NCBI RefSeq assembly: GCF_004010195.1
Contig: NC_057752.1
Location: 8,279,889-8,343,888 of the forward strand
Direction of reading: 5' to 3'
Length of the DNA stretch: 64,000 bases
From: Chiloscyllium plagiosum
Lineage: Eukaryota
Made by a program: the position numbers and the translations under genes. Shown here one piece after another: positions 50,283 to 63,156 of the stretch. The notes beneath the pieces were generated by a model. The model was not told the origin of the DNA. It was given only the letters and a program-made list of their open reading frames with translations, and did no database searches. How positions within the stretch are numbered: the stretch's first letter is position 1; every line of letters begins with the position of its first letter.

Positions 50283-52520
50283 ACAGCCATTTTCCAGTCC
50301 TCTGGGATCCCCCCTGACTCCAGTGATTCCTGAAAGATCACCACCAATGCCTCCACAATCTCCTCAGCTATCTCCTTCTGAATTCTGGGACATAGTCTGT
50401 CTGGTCCGAGTGATTCATTTACCTTCGGACCTTTCAGCTTTCCCAGCACCTTCTCCATAGTAATGGCCACTACTCACCTCTGCCCCCTTACTCCCTTGAA
50501 GTTCTGGTATGCTGCTGGTGTCTTCTACTGTAAATACTGATGCAAAATACCTATTCAGTCCCTCCACCATTTCTTTGTGCCCTATTACTACTTCTCCAGC
50601 CTAATTTTCCAGTGGTCCAATGCCCACTCTTACCTCTCTGTTACCTTTTATATATCTTTTAAAAAAGCTCCTACAATCATCTTTTATATTACTAGCTAGG
50701 TTACTGTCATATTTCATCTTCTCCCCCCCTTCCCTTTTTTAGTTATACTCTGCTGGTTTTTAAAGGCTTCCCAATCCTCTGGTTTCTCACTAATCTTCAC
50801 CACATTGTATGATTTTTCTTTGGCTTTTATGCTGTCCTTGACTTCCCTTGCCAAGCATGGTTGCCTCATCCTCCCCTTAATATGTTTCTTCTTCTTTGAT
50901 GAATTTCTGCTCTGCCTCCTGAATTACCCCCAGAAACTCCTGCCATTGCTGCTCCACCGTCTTCCCTGTTGGGCTCCCCTTCCAATCTCCTCTGGCCAGC
51001 TCCTCCCTCTTGCCTCTGTAATTACTGTACCTGTACTCAATTGTAATAGTGTTCCATCTGATTTCAGCTTCTCCCTTTCAAATTGCAGGGTGAATTCATC
51101 ATATTATGATCATGGCCCCATAGGGGTTCCTTCAACTTAAGCTCCCTAATCAAGTCTACCTCATTTCACATCACTAAATCCAGAATTGCCTGTTCCCTTG
51201 TGGGCTGTACCACAAACTGCTCCAAAAGACTATCTCGTAGACATTCCACAAATTCTGTTTCATGAGATCTGCTATCAACTGGATATTCCCAGTCCACCTG
51301 GAGGTTGAAGTCCCCTATGAGTATTGTAATAGTATCTTTCATATAGGCCTTTTCTATCCCCTGGTTTATTTTCTTCCCCACATCCTGATTACTGCTCGGA
51401 GGCCTGCACACAACTCCCATCAGGGTCTTTGTTTTCCTTTGCGGTTCCTCAACTCCACCCACGCCGATTCTACGCCTTCCAACTTGACATCACTTCTGGC
51501 TATCAATTTAATTTTGTTTCTTTCTAACAATGCAATCCCACTCCCTCTACCCATCTCCTAGTCCTTTTGATAGGATGTGTAGCCTTGGATAATTTTAATT
51601 CCCAGCCCTGATCCCCAAGCAGCCATGTCTCTGTAATATCCACAACATTGTACCTGCTAATTTCAGTCTGTGCAACAAAGTTCATTTCATTTACCCTGTT
51701 TTGTACACTGCGTGCATTTAAGTACAACATCTCAGTCCTGTGTTGACTGCCCACCTTCTCATAGTTGTCCCCTGACCTTCTGTGCCTGAAGTTAGATTCC
51801 TGATCCTTTCCATACTCTATCCTATTACTTGTTCTGGAAACTTTAAAAACCTCTGTACTGCCCCCTTTAACATTTTCCATGCAACAGAACCCCCTACTGC
51901 ACTATTTAGTTTTGCACCCTACCTACAGCCCTAGTTATGAAATTTTCCAGGACTCTGGTCCCAGCATGATTCAGGTGAAGCCCTTTCCGTTAGAACAGAT
52001 TCTTCCTTTCCCTGGTACTGGTGCCAATGTCCCATGCATGTGAACTGTTTCTCCCACACTAATCTTTCAGCCATGCGCTTACCTCTTCAATCTTGTTGAC
52101 CCTGTGCCAATTTTCTCGTGACTCTGGTAGTAATCTAGAGATTATTACCTTTTTCAGTTCTGATTTTTAGCTTAGCTGCTCTTTCCTCTCTCTACCTACA
52201 GAAACCACGACAACTGGATCTTTCTTCTCCTGCTCCAAGTTCCTCTGCAGCCCAGGTGAGACATCCTGAACCCAGGGAACCAGGCAGGCAACATAGCCTT
52301 TAGGGCTCTTGATCCTGGCCACAGAGAATAATGTCTATTTCCCTGACTGTACTATCCCCGATTACAACTACATTTCTGTTTTCTATCCGCCCACTCTTCA
52401 ATGGTTCCCTGTATCATGGTGCGATGGTCAATTTGCTCATCTGTCCCACAGCCTCCACTCTCATCCACACAGGGATGGACAAGCTCAAGAGCTGAGAATC
52501 CTTCAAGACCACCTCCTGGA
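50283..52520 (-). mobile_element. CR1 LINE 5' part (ORF1 remnant, APE endonuclease, start of RT)
   Basis: LYLNARSV, ITETWL, GVVCRPP, IGDFNL, AILDLVM and GPDRLCPR...PEDWK motifs. Confidence 0.82.
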
Positions 52521-54119
52521 TCCCTCTACCTGCCACGTTCCTAGTCACACATGTCATCAAAATGTGAGATCTACTTGTGGAAGTGACAGGTGACCATGAA
52601 TTAAAGGATCCAGAACTCTAACTCTTCCATCCATGGGTTAGTTCTACAGTTTGAGATGATTTTTCTACATTTATAACACAATTCAAATGTTTTCTAACCT
52701 GTTGTTACCAATTTAAATGAGTTTAATTGTCTTTAAATTGCTTTTCCCCAATAAATTGGCTGAGCTGGCAAATGGGACTAGATTGGGTTGGGATATGTGG
52801 TCAGCATGGACGAGTTGGACCGAAGGGTCTGTTTGCGTGCTGTACATCTCTATGACTCTATCTGATTAAGGTTTCTGATTATTATCAACTAACAGTTAGC
52901 CATACAAACAAATTTCACTGCACACCGTGGAGAAACTAATTTTGCTCTGGGTGCAACTGTGTGTGTGCCTCCTTCTTCCTAAACAGAGTGTAATTTCTCA
53001 AGCTGAAATTTCCACCTTTGGATTTTCATTACCATTTGAAGTATTTAATCCTGATAAATTTGGAGACAGGTTACTATGTTTAGCTGAGCCAGCTGTGATC
53101 ACAGTTGTTTGTGAGGAGAGATGCTTGGTATTATGCTTGTTGTTGGCCAGGGTCGATGGGCAGGAATAAAAGCATTGGGGACAAAGCAAAAGGAGCTGAA
53201 GGTCTGCACAAATTGTTTTCACTCTGTTGGTGGCTTTCTGAAGTACCATTGAATGTCATGTTGTCATGGTGACATGGTCCTTTCATTTCAAAGCACAGGA
53301 GAAGCTCCATCCCTCACAAACTGCAGTTACCCTGGAAACTGCTGCCCACTGTTTCTTTTGTTGAGCTTTAGAGACACATCAACTGAATTTACAAGGAAGG
53401 GGGAACACTGCTTTATGAATAGTAACCCCAAATTGGCAAATCCATCAAATAAACACAAACATCAAACATCAAATGGTGTGATTAGATTTAATATTTTACC
53501 AATTAAGGCCCCTTCTATGACATGGATATGATAATTATACATGGACTGCTTATTGGCAACCATAGGGAAAGTGAGCTGTCTTGTCACATCCCTCACTGAC
53601 TAATACTTGTGTATTAACGATTTATGAGCAGTTTTAGACTTTCAAGTCAGGAATTGCTTACTTCAGGCTGTTTGTCTCCATGAATTCTAATTCAGTGAGC
53701 CACAGCTCATCACTAGATTAAATTATACCCAGAATGCACAATAGTTGGTACATATAAAAAGGGCTAAGTTAGTACCCTTTATGATATTAATTAGAGCTGC
53801 CATCTTATACCAAGTCTAAAAATGAAACAGCAGCTGGATAGGAATGGGCAGAATGGCTTCTTAGATTAAGGTGTCAGGTTTGGTCATTGAAAATGTTACC
53901 AGTCTTAACAAATACCCATTCCCCCAGATCATGTCACATAGAAGTAAGTGGACAGGTAAGATTTCTACACTAAAGAATAAACAGAAAACACTGAAATTAC
54001 TCAGGCAGCATCTATGGAGAAAAAATGAGTATGTGCGGAATTCTTCCATGTTTTGGCAGTGATTGTTTTCAATGAGATTCAATGGGCGGTCCACCATGCC
54101 CCAGGTCAAACAACTTTTT

Positions 54120-54710
54120 CCTCTTCAGCTCATTAATTATGCAACTGACCTCAATGGCACCTGACTCCAGAATCGTGTGGCAAGAGAGATGGAAGTGCTG
54201 GCCTTTGATGGCACTTGGCCACAGTCTCACCACTGGTGCCATATTTACATTCCAGCTTCACAGCATTTCATGAATGACCTATTACACTGTGACACTGCAC
54301 CACTGTAACCCAACAAATGGCTCTCAATGCCCAATTTCTTCTGCATCCAGCATCTCCACCCCACTTTTGTCTGCTCCAGTTGTGAATATTAATGATGCAA
54401 ACATTCTTTATGGGCTAAAACGCAAGGCCCACTGGATTTGTCTTGGCATCAAGATCTCATCTTCATGATACAGGAACCTGTGAGTTCTCCAGTGCGTTCA
54501 CACCATGGCAGCTTACAGGATACCTGGTGGACAACACTGGAATTTGGTGTGGATGGTCAGAGTTAAACTGGATATTGATGGAGTGGAAGGCTTTTCCATC
54601 GATGACTGCTGCAGGATAGTGATAGAGCTGAGGTCTCAAAGCCTGCAGTCTATAGTGCCTGGCTGCTGGGGGAAGCCAGCGATATTAGACAGTGCCAGTG
54701 CCTGAGTTGT
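54120..54710 (-). pseudogene. Fossil PIF/Harbinger transposase
   Basis: Minus strand gives AGFPQQPGTIDCR, IDGKAFHSINIQ and RYPVSCHG in order, matching the Harbinger motifs GFP..GAIDCTH, NRKGFHSINVQ and PGS.HD. Confidence 0.6.
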
Positions 54711-55622
54711 TTCACTCACCTCACTGTGGAGAAAGGATATAAACTGGTGTAATCTGGAGAAACTGCAACACCGACAGCCCAGATCCATTTTGGACCATGA
54801 CCTGGGAGATGCCCCAAATGTCTCCAGTTGTTCCTTGTATCAAGCCGCTGACATAACATTTCAGGGCAGATGTAATCTTAATGGGCACTGGGATGGGATG
54901 GGATGGTTCTTCTGAGTGGACATTCTGTTCCAGCAGATGATCCAGTTCAGTGATGATGACCTGGGGTATTCTTAGTCCTCATCTTTGCTTGGTTCCTGAG
55001 AATGCAAGTGACGGTGATAATGAAGCCAGTAGATTCAAGGGTTTGGTTCACTGTCCTGTCTCCTTGGATGATCTGCACATGCTGCTTTTCCCTCTGGAGA
55101 CTGTACAGCAGTTGCTGGAGGCTGTTGTTCGTGTTGGGCTCAGTCATGCTGCTACAATCGACTCCAACTTCCCATTTTCCCCAAGAATACATGAACTGTC
55201 CTGGTCAAGTCTCTGACAGTTCATACTCAAATCCCCAGGACTGACCAAAGCCCACCCTTTGGACTGACATTGGATGAACTTCTTGACTGACTTGTGGTAG
55301 CCCTTCACTCCACTAAGGACTTGTCCCCTGTGGTATTTAGACATTGCCATTTGGTTGCAGCATATTCAGTGAGTTTGCTGTCGAAGCTGCTGGCTCATGC
55401 TGTGGGTGTGACACTGTGCTATATGTGATATATCTACCACTCCCCATCTTGACAAGCTGCCTGCCTCTTTCTCTGTGCTTCCAAAGCAATGCCAGCCACA
55501 TAGGCTGAGATGTGTGTGCATGTCCCTGTGTGCCAAGTGACCTGTCAGAAGTACACAAATCATAAGCATCCATGAGTTCCAAATGAAGTCCTGAAGGGCT
55601 GAAGTGGTGTGTGAAAGCAGTC

Positions 55623-56122
55623 NNNNNNNNNNNNNNNNNNNNNNNNNNNNNNNNNNNNNNNNNNNNNNNNNNNNNNNNNNNNNNNNNNNNNNNNNNNNNN
55701 NNNNNNNNNNNNNNNNNNNNNNNNNNNNNNNNNNNNNNNNNNNNNNNNNNNNNNNNNNNNNNNNNNNNNNNNNNNNNNNNNNNNNNNNNNNNNNNNNNNN
55801 NNNNNNNNNNNNNNNNNNNNNNNNNNNNNNNNNNNNNNNNNNNNNNNNNNNNNNNNNNNNNNNNNNNNNNNNNNNNNNNNNNNNNNNNNNNNNNNNNNNN
55901 NNNNNNNNNNNNNNNNNNNNNNNNNNNNNNNNNNNNNNNNNNNNNNNNNNNNNNNNNNNNNNNNNNNNNNNNNNNNNNNNNNNNNNNNNNNNNNNNNNNN
56001 NNNNNNNNNNNNNNNNNNNNNNNNNNNNNNNNNNNNNNNNNNNNNNNNNNNNNNNNNNNNNNNNNNNNNNNNNNNNNNNNNNNNNNNNNNNNNNNNNNNN
56101 NNNNNNNNNNNNNNNNNNNNNN
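55623..56122. other. Assembly gap (500 N)
   Basis: N run. Confidence 1.
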
Positions 56123-56941
56123 GAACTACCACTTGGAAGTCATTTAGGAGTGAGGAAAAACTCAAGCTAAAAGCATTTTTACTGGCCTGGACTGCACACG
56201 GATGTAGTTGAATTTTGCCAGACGTATCATACATGTCAGGTAATTGGAAAACCACAGGCAGTAGTAAAACCCCCACCTTTAATACCTATTCCTGCATTTG
56301 AGGAACCTTTTACAAGCATCTTAATTAATTGCGTAGGTCCCCCACCTCAAACAAAAACTGGGAATCAGTATTTGTTAACAATAATGGATGTATCAACGAG
56401 ATTTCCAGAGGCCATTCCATTACACATTATTACAGCAAAAAGGAATTACATAAATTATTTACTAGATACGGACTATCAATAGAGATACAGTTAGATCAAT
56501 GGTCAAACTTTACACCCAAACTATTCAAGGAAGTTATGGATGACTTCGGCATAACACAATTCAAATCTACTGCTTACCATCCAGAATCACAGGGAGCACT
56601 AGAAAGACAGCATCAAACACTAAAGACCATGTTGAGGGCTGATAGTCAGACTATCCAGATGATTGGGATAAGGGAATCCCGGTTGTACTTTTTGCGATCA
56701 GAGATGCACCAAATGAATCGACCAAATTCAGTCCATTTGAATTAAATCGTGGGCATGAAGTGAGAGGACCATTAAAATTGATTAAGGAGAAGTTAGTCAG
56801 TCAGAATTCAGAGACTACACATTCAGACTATGTGTCAAATTTTACAGAATAATTCAATAGAGCTGGGGAGTTGGCTAGACAGTGCTTAGAAGTATCACAG
56901 CATGCAATGAAACAGAAAGTGGACAAGAGTTCACAATTTTG

Positions 56942-57326
56942 CTGTGGTTCTGTTCGCCGAGCTGGAAGTTTTGTTGCAAACGTTTCGTCCCCTGTCTAGG
57001 TGACATCCTCAGTGCTTGGGAGCCTCCTGTGAAGCGCTTCTGTGGTGTTTCCTCCGGCATTTATAGTGGCCTGTCCCTGCCGCTTCTGGTTGTCAGTTTC
57101 AGCTGTCCGCTGTAGTGGCCGGTATATTGGGTCCAGGTCTATGTGTTTGTTGATGGAGTTTGTGGATGAGTGCCAAGCTTCTAGGAATTCCCTGGCTGTT
57201 CTTTGTTTCGCTTGCCCTATAATGGTAGTGTTGTCCCAGTCAAATTCATGTTGCTTGTCGTCTGCGTGTGTGGCGAACAGAACCACAGCAACGAGCACCC
57301 GAACTACAAATCTTCTCACAAACTTT
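56942..57326 (-). mobile_element. Penelope-like insert (family C) within the gypsy integrase
   Basis: Encodes HEFDWDNTTIIGQAKQRTAREFLEAWHS (GIY-YIG C-terminus). 15-bp duplication GAGTTCACAATTTTG at 56927-56941 and 57327-57341; inverted copy of the GCTGTGGTTCTGTTCGCC end at about 57272-57289. Confidence 0.85.
56976..57015 (-). ncRNA. Minimal hammerhead ribozyme motif (family C)
   Basis: GCA-CTGAGGA-TGTCACCTAGACAGGGGAC-GAAACGTT-TGC: stem I GCA/TGC, 7-position stem II with one mismatch, palindromic ACGU. Confidence 0.7.
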
Positions 57327-57358
57327 GAGTTCACAATTTTGTCACTGGGGATAAGGTA

Positions 57359-58453
57359 TTGGTGGTATTTCCAGTAATAGGTGAACCTTTAAAAGCAAGG
57401 TTTAGTGGACCATATCAAATTGAGAGGAAATTGAGTGAGGTGAACTACTTGATAGGGACTCCAGACAGAAAGAAATCGCACAGCGTGTGTCATGTGAATA
57501 TGCTCAAAAGGTATTTTGACAAGGAAGGAAAGCAAGAGGAGAAGGCGTTGATGATTATTACACAGAAAGAAGAATCAAGTTCAGAGGATTCTGAATTGGA
57601 CATTCCTCAAATTAAATTGGACAATGAGGAAGTTGTCAAACATCAGGATAAGTCATTAAGTTACCTTCCCTTGAAGAATCAAAATGACCTGAACGAGTTA
57701 TTTCTATCACATTGGGAGATTTGCGGAAATAAACTGGGAAGTACAAACCTAATTGTTCATGATGTAGATCTAGGAGATGGTGTTCCAATTAAGCAACATC
57801 CTTATAGGCATGACCCTCTAAAGTTGGCACAGGTTCAGAAGGAGATAAAACATATGCTCCAAGACGACATAATCGAAGTGAGGTACAGTGTCTGGAGCTC
57901 AGTCATAGTAATGGTGCCAAAGTCAGATGGTACCCAGAGGTTATGTGTGGACTATTGCAAAGTCAACGCAGTTACAAAGACTGATGCATATCCTATTCCG
58001 TGGTTGGAAGACTGTGTTGAAAAGGTGGGACAAGCAACTTATATTTCTAAGTTGGACTTGCTCAGAGGGTACTGGCAGGTACCTTTGTCAGAAAGAGCAA
58101 AAGCAATTTCAGCTTTCATAATGCCAAATGGATTGTATCCTTTTAAAGTCATGCCATTTGGTATGAAAAACGCTCCAGCCACATTTTGGAGACTAACCAA
58201 TAAGGTCATCGCCAGATTACCCAACTGTGTTGTATACATTGATGACCTGGTGATTTTTAGTCACCCATGGAAGGAACATTTACTGCAGTTATCGAACTTG
58301 TTTGATCGACTTTGGGAGGCAGGCTTGGTGGTAAACCTGGCTAAAAGTGAATTTGCCAAAGCCCAAGTCACCTTCCTGGGCCACGTTATTAGACATGGAC
58401 AAATGGCCCCACGGGATGTGAAAATGAAAGTAATTGGGGAGTTTCCCAATTGA
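57359..58453 (+). pseudogene. pol fragment: integrase GPY/F tail fused to reverse transcriptase
   Basis: One ORF contains FSGPYQI...HVNMLKRY and then VPIKQHPYR...LCVDY...YIDD. Confidence 0.9.
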
Positions 58454-59209
58454 CAAAAAGAGCAGTATTACGGTTCCTGGGATTGAATGGATTTTATCGC
58501 AAGTGCCAAATTTTAGCAGTGAAGTTGCTCCACTCACTGAATTGCTAAAAAAAAACAAGAAGTTTCAGTAGACAGCAGACTGTCAGAAGGCATTGACAGC
58601 CTAAAGACTGTGTTAACCACTGCCCCAGTATTAGCCACTCCTAATTTCACAAAGCCATTCAAGGTGGCTATCGATGCGAGTGATGTGGGTGTCGGTGCTG
58701 TGCTCCTGCAGGAAATCAACGAGAAGATAGAAAGACCTATTGGGGTATTTTTCCAGGAAATTGAACGTTCGTCAGAAATATTTGACAGTTGAGAAAGAGA
58801 CTTTAAGCTTGGTGTTAACACTACAACATTTCAGTGTTTATATAACCAGTAACAAATATGAGATAATCATATACACTGATCATAACTCACTGAAGTTTGT
58901 GGAGAAATTTAAGGACAAAAATGCCAGATTGTTTAGATGGAGCTTGTTATTACAGCCATCCAATTTGAAAATTGTGCATGTGGCAGGTCAAGAGAACGTG
59001 ATTGCCGATGCATTGTCAAGACTTGAATGAGAACTGATGCGTTTGGTGGTGGGAGTACCACAGACTGAATCCGAATGTGGTTGTGCATGTTTGCATGTCT
59101 ATAGTCAGTGTTACGTATATGTGTGTTTTAGGGGACTAACCAATTTTGTTTGGGTTTTAAAAATGAAGCCATCTTTGGATATTGATGGTTCATGTTTTTA
59201 GGGGGGAGG

Positions 59210-59831
59210 TGTCACAATGCTGGTCTTTTTGCAAGGTTACTGTGCCCTTGAGATTTTTTCAGAGAGGTTCTAACAACCCAAGGTTCCATTATGTCTGAAG
59301 TTTGAATGGTTCATTGGGGCCTTTTTGTTTACCCCTAACAGATAGTGCTTTAGGCCAAAAGCTTTCAGGTTGTTTTTAAAAAAAACTGGTGTAGTCAAGG
59401 GGGTGTGGCCAGCTCTCAAGTTGTGTAGTTGTATTCAGTTTGGGGGTTAGTTGAGTCAGAGTCACAGTTGAAACTGGAAGTTCTCTCTCTCCGACTGCCC
59501 TTCTGATGTGACCTATAAGCTGTTCGTGTCATTTTTACTCTTTGTGCTAAGGGATGTCTTTATTGGGACTTTCGGAATTTCGCAAGTATTTTTGGAACTG
59601 CATAATTAAGTCAGGTTTGGATAGGATAAGTTATCCAGTATTCTATTTTCTGTTCTTTGTGTTTCATTTCGTAATTTTTAAAATAAATTCTGTTTGTTTA
59701 AAACTTGGCAGTCGAACCAACTAATTTACTCCGGGAATATTCACTATACAATTAGCTAAAGCAAACAGCAAAGTTACAGTCTGGGTTACCTGCTTAAAAA
59801 TGTTTTGAGGGGTCGGGCCTCATCCATAACA
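59210..59831 (+). repeat. 3' LTR (622 bp)
   Basis: Follows the PPT AGGGGGGAGG (59200-59209); TGT...ACA termini; AATAAA near 59682. Confidence 0.85.
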
Positions 59832-59959
59832 GTTGACAATTTGGAATTGGTTGTTATTCTACGTCAGCGGAAGCTAGATAGCTTTTTGGCGAGTATCTGT
59901 CAAGAAATTCAAAACAGGGAGACAAAAAAAACAAGTAACAGATAACTATATGTCATTTA

Positions 59960-61200
59960 GTTTAACATCTGTTGTCAGGAAATTGTTAGTATCTATTATG
60001 AAGGATTGAAAATAACTCAATAATGTGCCACATAAAGCTTTATAAGCTAAGGGCACATGGTGTTGGGGTTTGTAAACTAGCATGGATGGACAAACTCATA
60101 ACTATATAATGACTAACTAACATTATTGACTAAGTAATGAAAGAAAGAGTTAGGATAAAGGAGGACATTTTAGGACAGGGACCTATAACTAATGAGGTGC
60201 CACAGGGATCAGTGCCAGGATCACAATTATTTACGACAAATATTAACGACCTGGATGAGGAAAGTGAATGTATGTTATCTAAGTTAGTGGATGACAAAAA
60301 GTAGGTGGATGGGCTAGTGACAAGAATGACACACAGAATCTACAGAGGGATACAGACAGGGTAAGTGAGTGGACAAAAACTTGGCAGATGGAATATAATG
60401 TGTGGAAATATGTGCTGATATGCTTTGGAAAGAATAACAGAAGAGCTGATTATTATTTAAATGGAGAAAGACTGCAGAAAGCTGCAGCACAGAGAGATTT
60501 GGGGAACGTGTGCATTCATCACAAGTAGCTAGCATAAAGGTTCAGTAGGTAAAAGGGAAGGCAAATGGAATGTTGGCCTTTATTTCAAAGGAAATGGAGT
60601 ATAAAAGTAGGGAAATCTTGCTAAAAATATATAAGACACTAGTCAGACTGCACCTGGAATACTGTGAACAGTTTTGGTCCCTTATGTAAGGAAAGATATA
60701 CTGATATTGGAGGCAGTCCAGAGAAGGTTCACCACATTGATTCTGGGTATGGAGTAATTTTTTTTATGAGGACAGGTTAAGTAGCTTGAACCTGTCCCCA
60801 TGGGGCTTTAGAGAATGAGACGAGACCTTCTCGAAACACACACAATTCTTAAGGGCCTTAACAGGGTAGATGCACAGAGGTTGCTTTTCCATAAAGGAGC
60901 ATCTAGGATGGTTTAATCTCACAGTAAGGGTGGTCCATTTAGGACAGAGATAAAGAGGAATTTCTTCTCTCAGAGGGTAGTGAATCTGTGGAATTATTTA
61001 CTGCAGAGGGTTGTCAAGGCTGGCTCATTAAGAATACTGAAGGCTGAGATTGATAGTATCAGTAATAAAATCAAGGGTTATGGGGGAAAAAGCAGGAAAA
61101 TGGAATTGAGGATGATCAGATCAGCCACAATCACACTGAATTGACGGAGCAGACACAATGGGCCTACTGGCTTACTTCTGCTCCTACGTCTTATATCCTA
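59960..61200 (+). mobile_element. Old CR1 LINE 3' fragment
   Basis: VPQGSV, KLVDD, LVRLHLEYCEQFWS and FFSQRVVNLWN remnants. Confidence 0.78.
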
Positions 61201-61319
61201 TTTCTAAAGTTTAAAATAGAAGAAGAAATGATGGTAAGGTTAATAAAATATACAAAAAAGGGAAAAAAAATAACTGAATAAATAATTTTGACAGTTAAGT
61301 TAAAAGACACATTAAGGAT

Positions 61320-63120
61320 CGCACAACAGACAATATGTCACAGTTGCAGCATGCAAGAGCTCTTGGATGCTAACGTGATCTAGGGCAAATACATCTGCAA
61401 TAAATGTTTACAGCTTGGGCAGCTTTAGCTCAGAGTTTATGAGCTGGAGGCCAAACTATAAACCCTGTGATGTATCAGAAAGGGGAAAATTACCTGGATA
61501 TTTTACAGCAGGAGGCAGTCACACCCCTTAAGATAGGGCCTTCTGATTCGGTTAGGGAAAGGATGTGAGTGCATGTGAGGCAGGTAAGGGGGTTCAGAGG
61601 ACAGGAACCTCAGACTTTGCTATTGTCCAACAGGCTTGAGGTTCTTTCTGCTTGTTTGGATGAGAGTGAAGGCTGCAGTGTGACTGAGCATGGTATCATA
61701 GTATAGGATGCCATTCACATGGGGAATAAAAAGGAATATAGTAGTAGTAGTATGTCGTATACTGGGGGAGACTGACTCTGTTCTGTGAACCAAGAATGTG
61801 AGTCTAGACAGCTACGTTGACTACCTGGTGCCAGGGTTCAGGATATTTGCTCAGAGCTAGAGAGGAACTTGGGACTGAGAGGGGGATGATCTAGTTGTCA
61901 TGATCAATGTAGGCACCAATAACAAAGACAGGACAAGAGGTTCTACTTCTCTTTAGGGTAATAAGTACTGGATTATTACCTGAACCACGTGCCAATTGGC
62001 AGAGGGCACATAAGATTAATGAAATGAATAAGCTCAAAAACTGTTGTGGGAGAAGTGGATTCTGAATGTGGGGCACTGCATCAGTCCTGGGGAAACAATC
62101 AGGACGAGATACTACAAAGATAACAAAAAGACAAAAAAGGGTCTGTATCTGAATATGCATTACATTCATAACAAAGTAAATGAATTGATAGCACACACTG
62201 AAGCAAATAATTGTGATCTGAAAGTCATTACAGAAATGTGACTACATGATGATAAGGATTGAGTCCTGAATGTTGAGGACTTTGTGATATTCAAGCAGAA
62301 CAGGAAACTAGGTAAACGAAGAAGAGCAGCACTGTTAATCAAGGATGGCATTGGTGCAATTAGACATGACCTCTGTTCAGGAGATCAGTCTGACTGGAGA
62401 TAAGGAATAGTAGGGGGAAGAAGTCACTTGAAGGGATGGTCTACAGGCCCCCCAACAGTAATTGCAATGTATGAAAAATTATACAATAAGAAATACTGTC
62501 ATAAAGGATAGCAATAATCATGGATAATATTCATCTACATATAAACTGGAAAAGTCAGATTGGCAATAGCAGCCTGGGGAAGGAGTTCATAGAATGCTTT
62601 TGAGATGGCACATTTTGGGACAAAACAGAGAATACATTATACTAAATTTGGTACTGTGTAACATGACAAAATTAATTACATCAGAGTAGTGGCACCTCAG
62701 CAATGATGAGAACATGACTGAATTTTACATTCAGTTTGTAAGGGAGAAATGTGAGCCTAAGACAAGTATTTTAAACTTAAATAAAGGCAACTATGTGGGC
62801 ATGAAAGCTGAACTGATGCGGGATACAAGTCTAAGGGATAGATGAACAGAAACATGTTACAGAAATTTAAGGGTATATTTCAGAATACTCAACGTAAGCA
62901 TATTTCTTCTTTAAAGAACAACTCTAAGAGGAGGACCCACCATCTGTGGTTAACTTAAAAAAGTTAGAAGAAATCAAATTTAAGGAAAAAACATATAACT
63001 GTGCAAAGATGAGTGGTAGGTCAAATGATAGGACAGAATATACAGAACTGCACAGAATGACTAAAAAGTTGATTGGAGGGAATTTGAGTAGTAGACAAAG
63101 CTAGACAGAAATGTAAAAAT
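61320..63120 (+). mobile_element. Old CR1 LINE 5' fragment (ORF1 zinc finger/esterase and endonuclease remnants)
   Basis: CHSCSM...ICNKCLQL, LPGARVQDI, INVGTNN, LYLN...NKVNEL...ITE motifs. Confidence 0.72.
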
Positions 63121-63156
63121 GGAGAGCGAGCAATGTTCCTTTTAATTATTTCTCAG

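Larger units (their letters stand above)
56123..59831 (+). mobile_element. Gmr1-type Ty3/gypsy LTR retrotransposon (integrase-RT-RNase H order), degenerate, 5' part not visible beyond the gap
   Basis: Integrase zinc finger and core (FYWPGL...HTCQ; YHPESQGALER) at 56123-56870, GPY motif about 57400, RT (PFGMKNAPATF, YIDD) to 58450, RNase H (DAS, TDH, ADALSR) to 59030, polypurine tract and 3' LTR. Confidence 0.92.
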
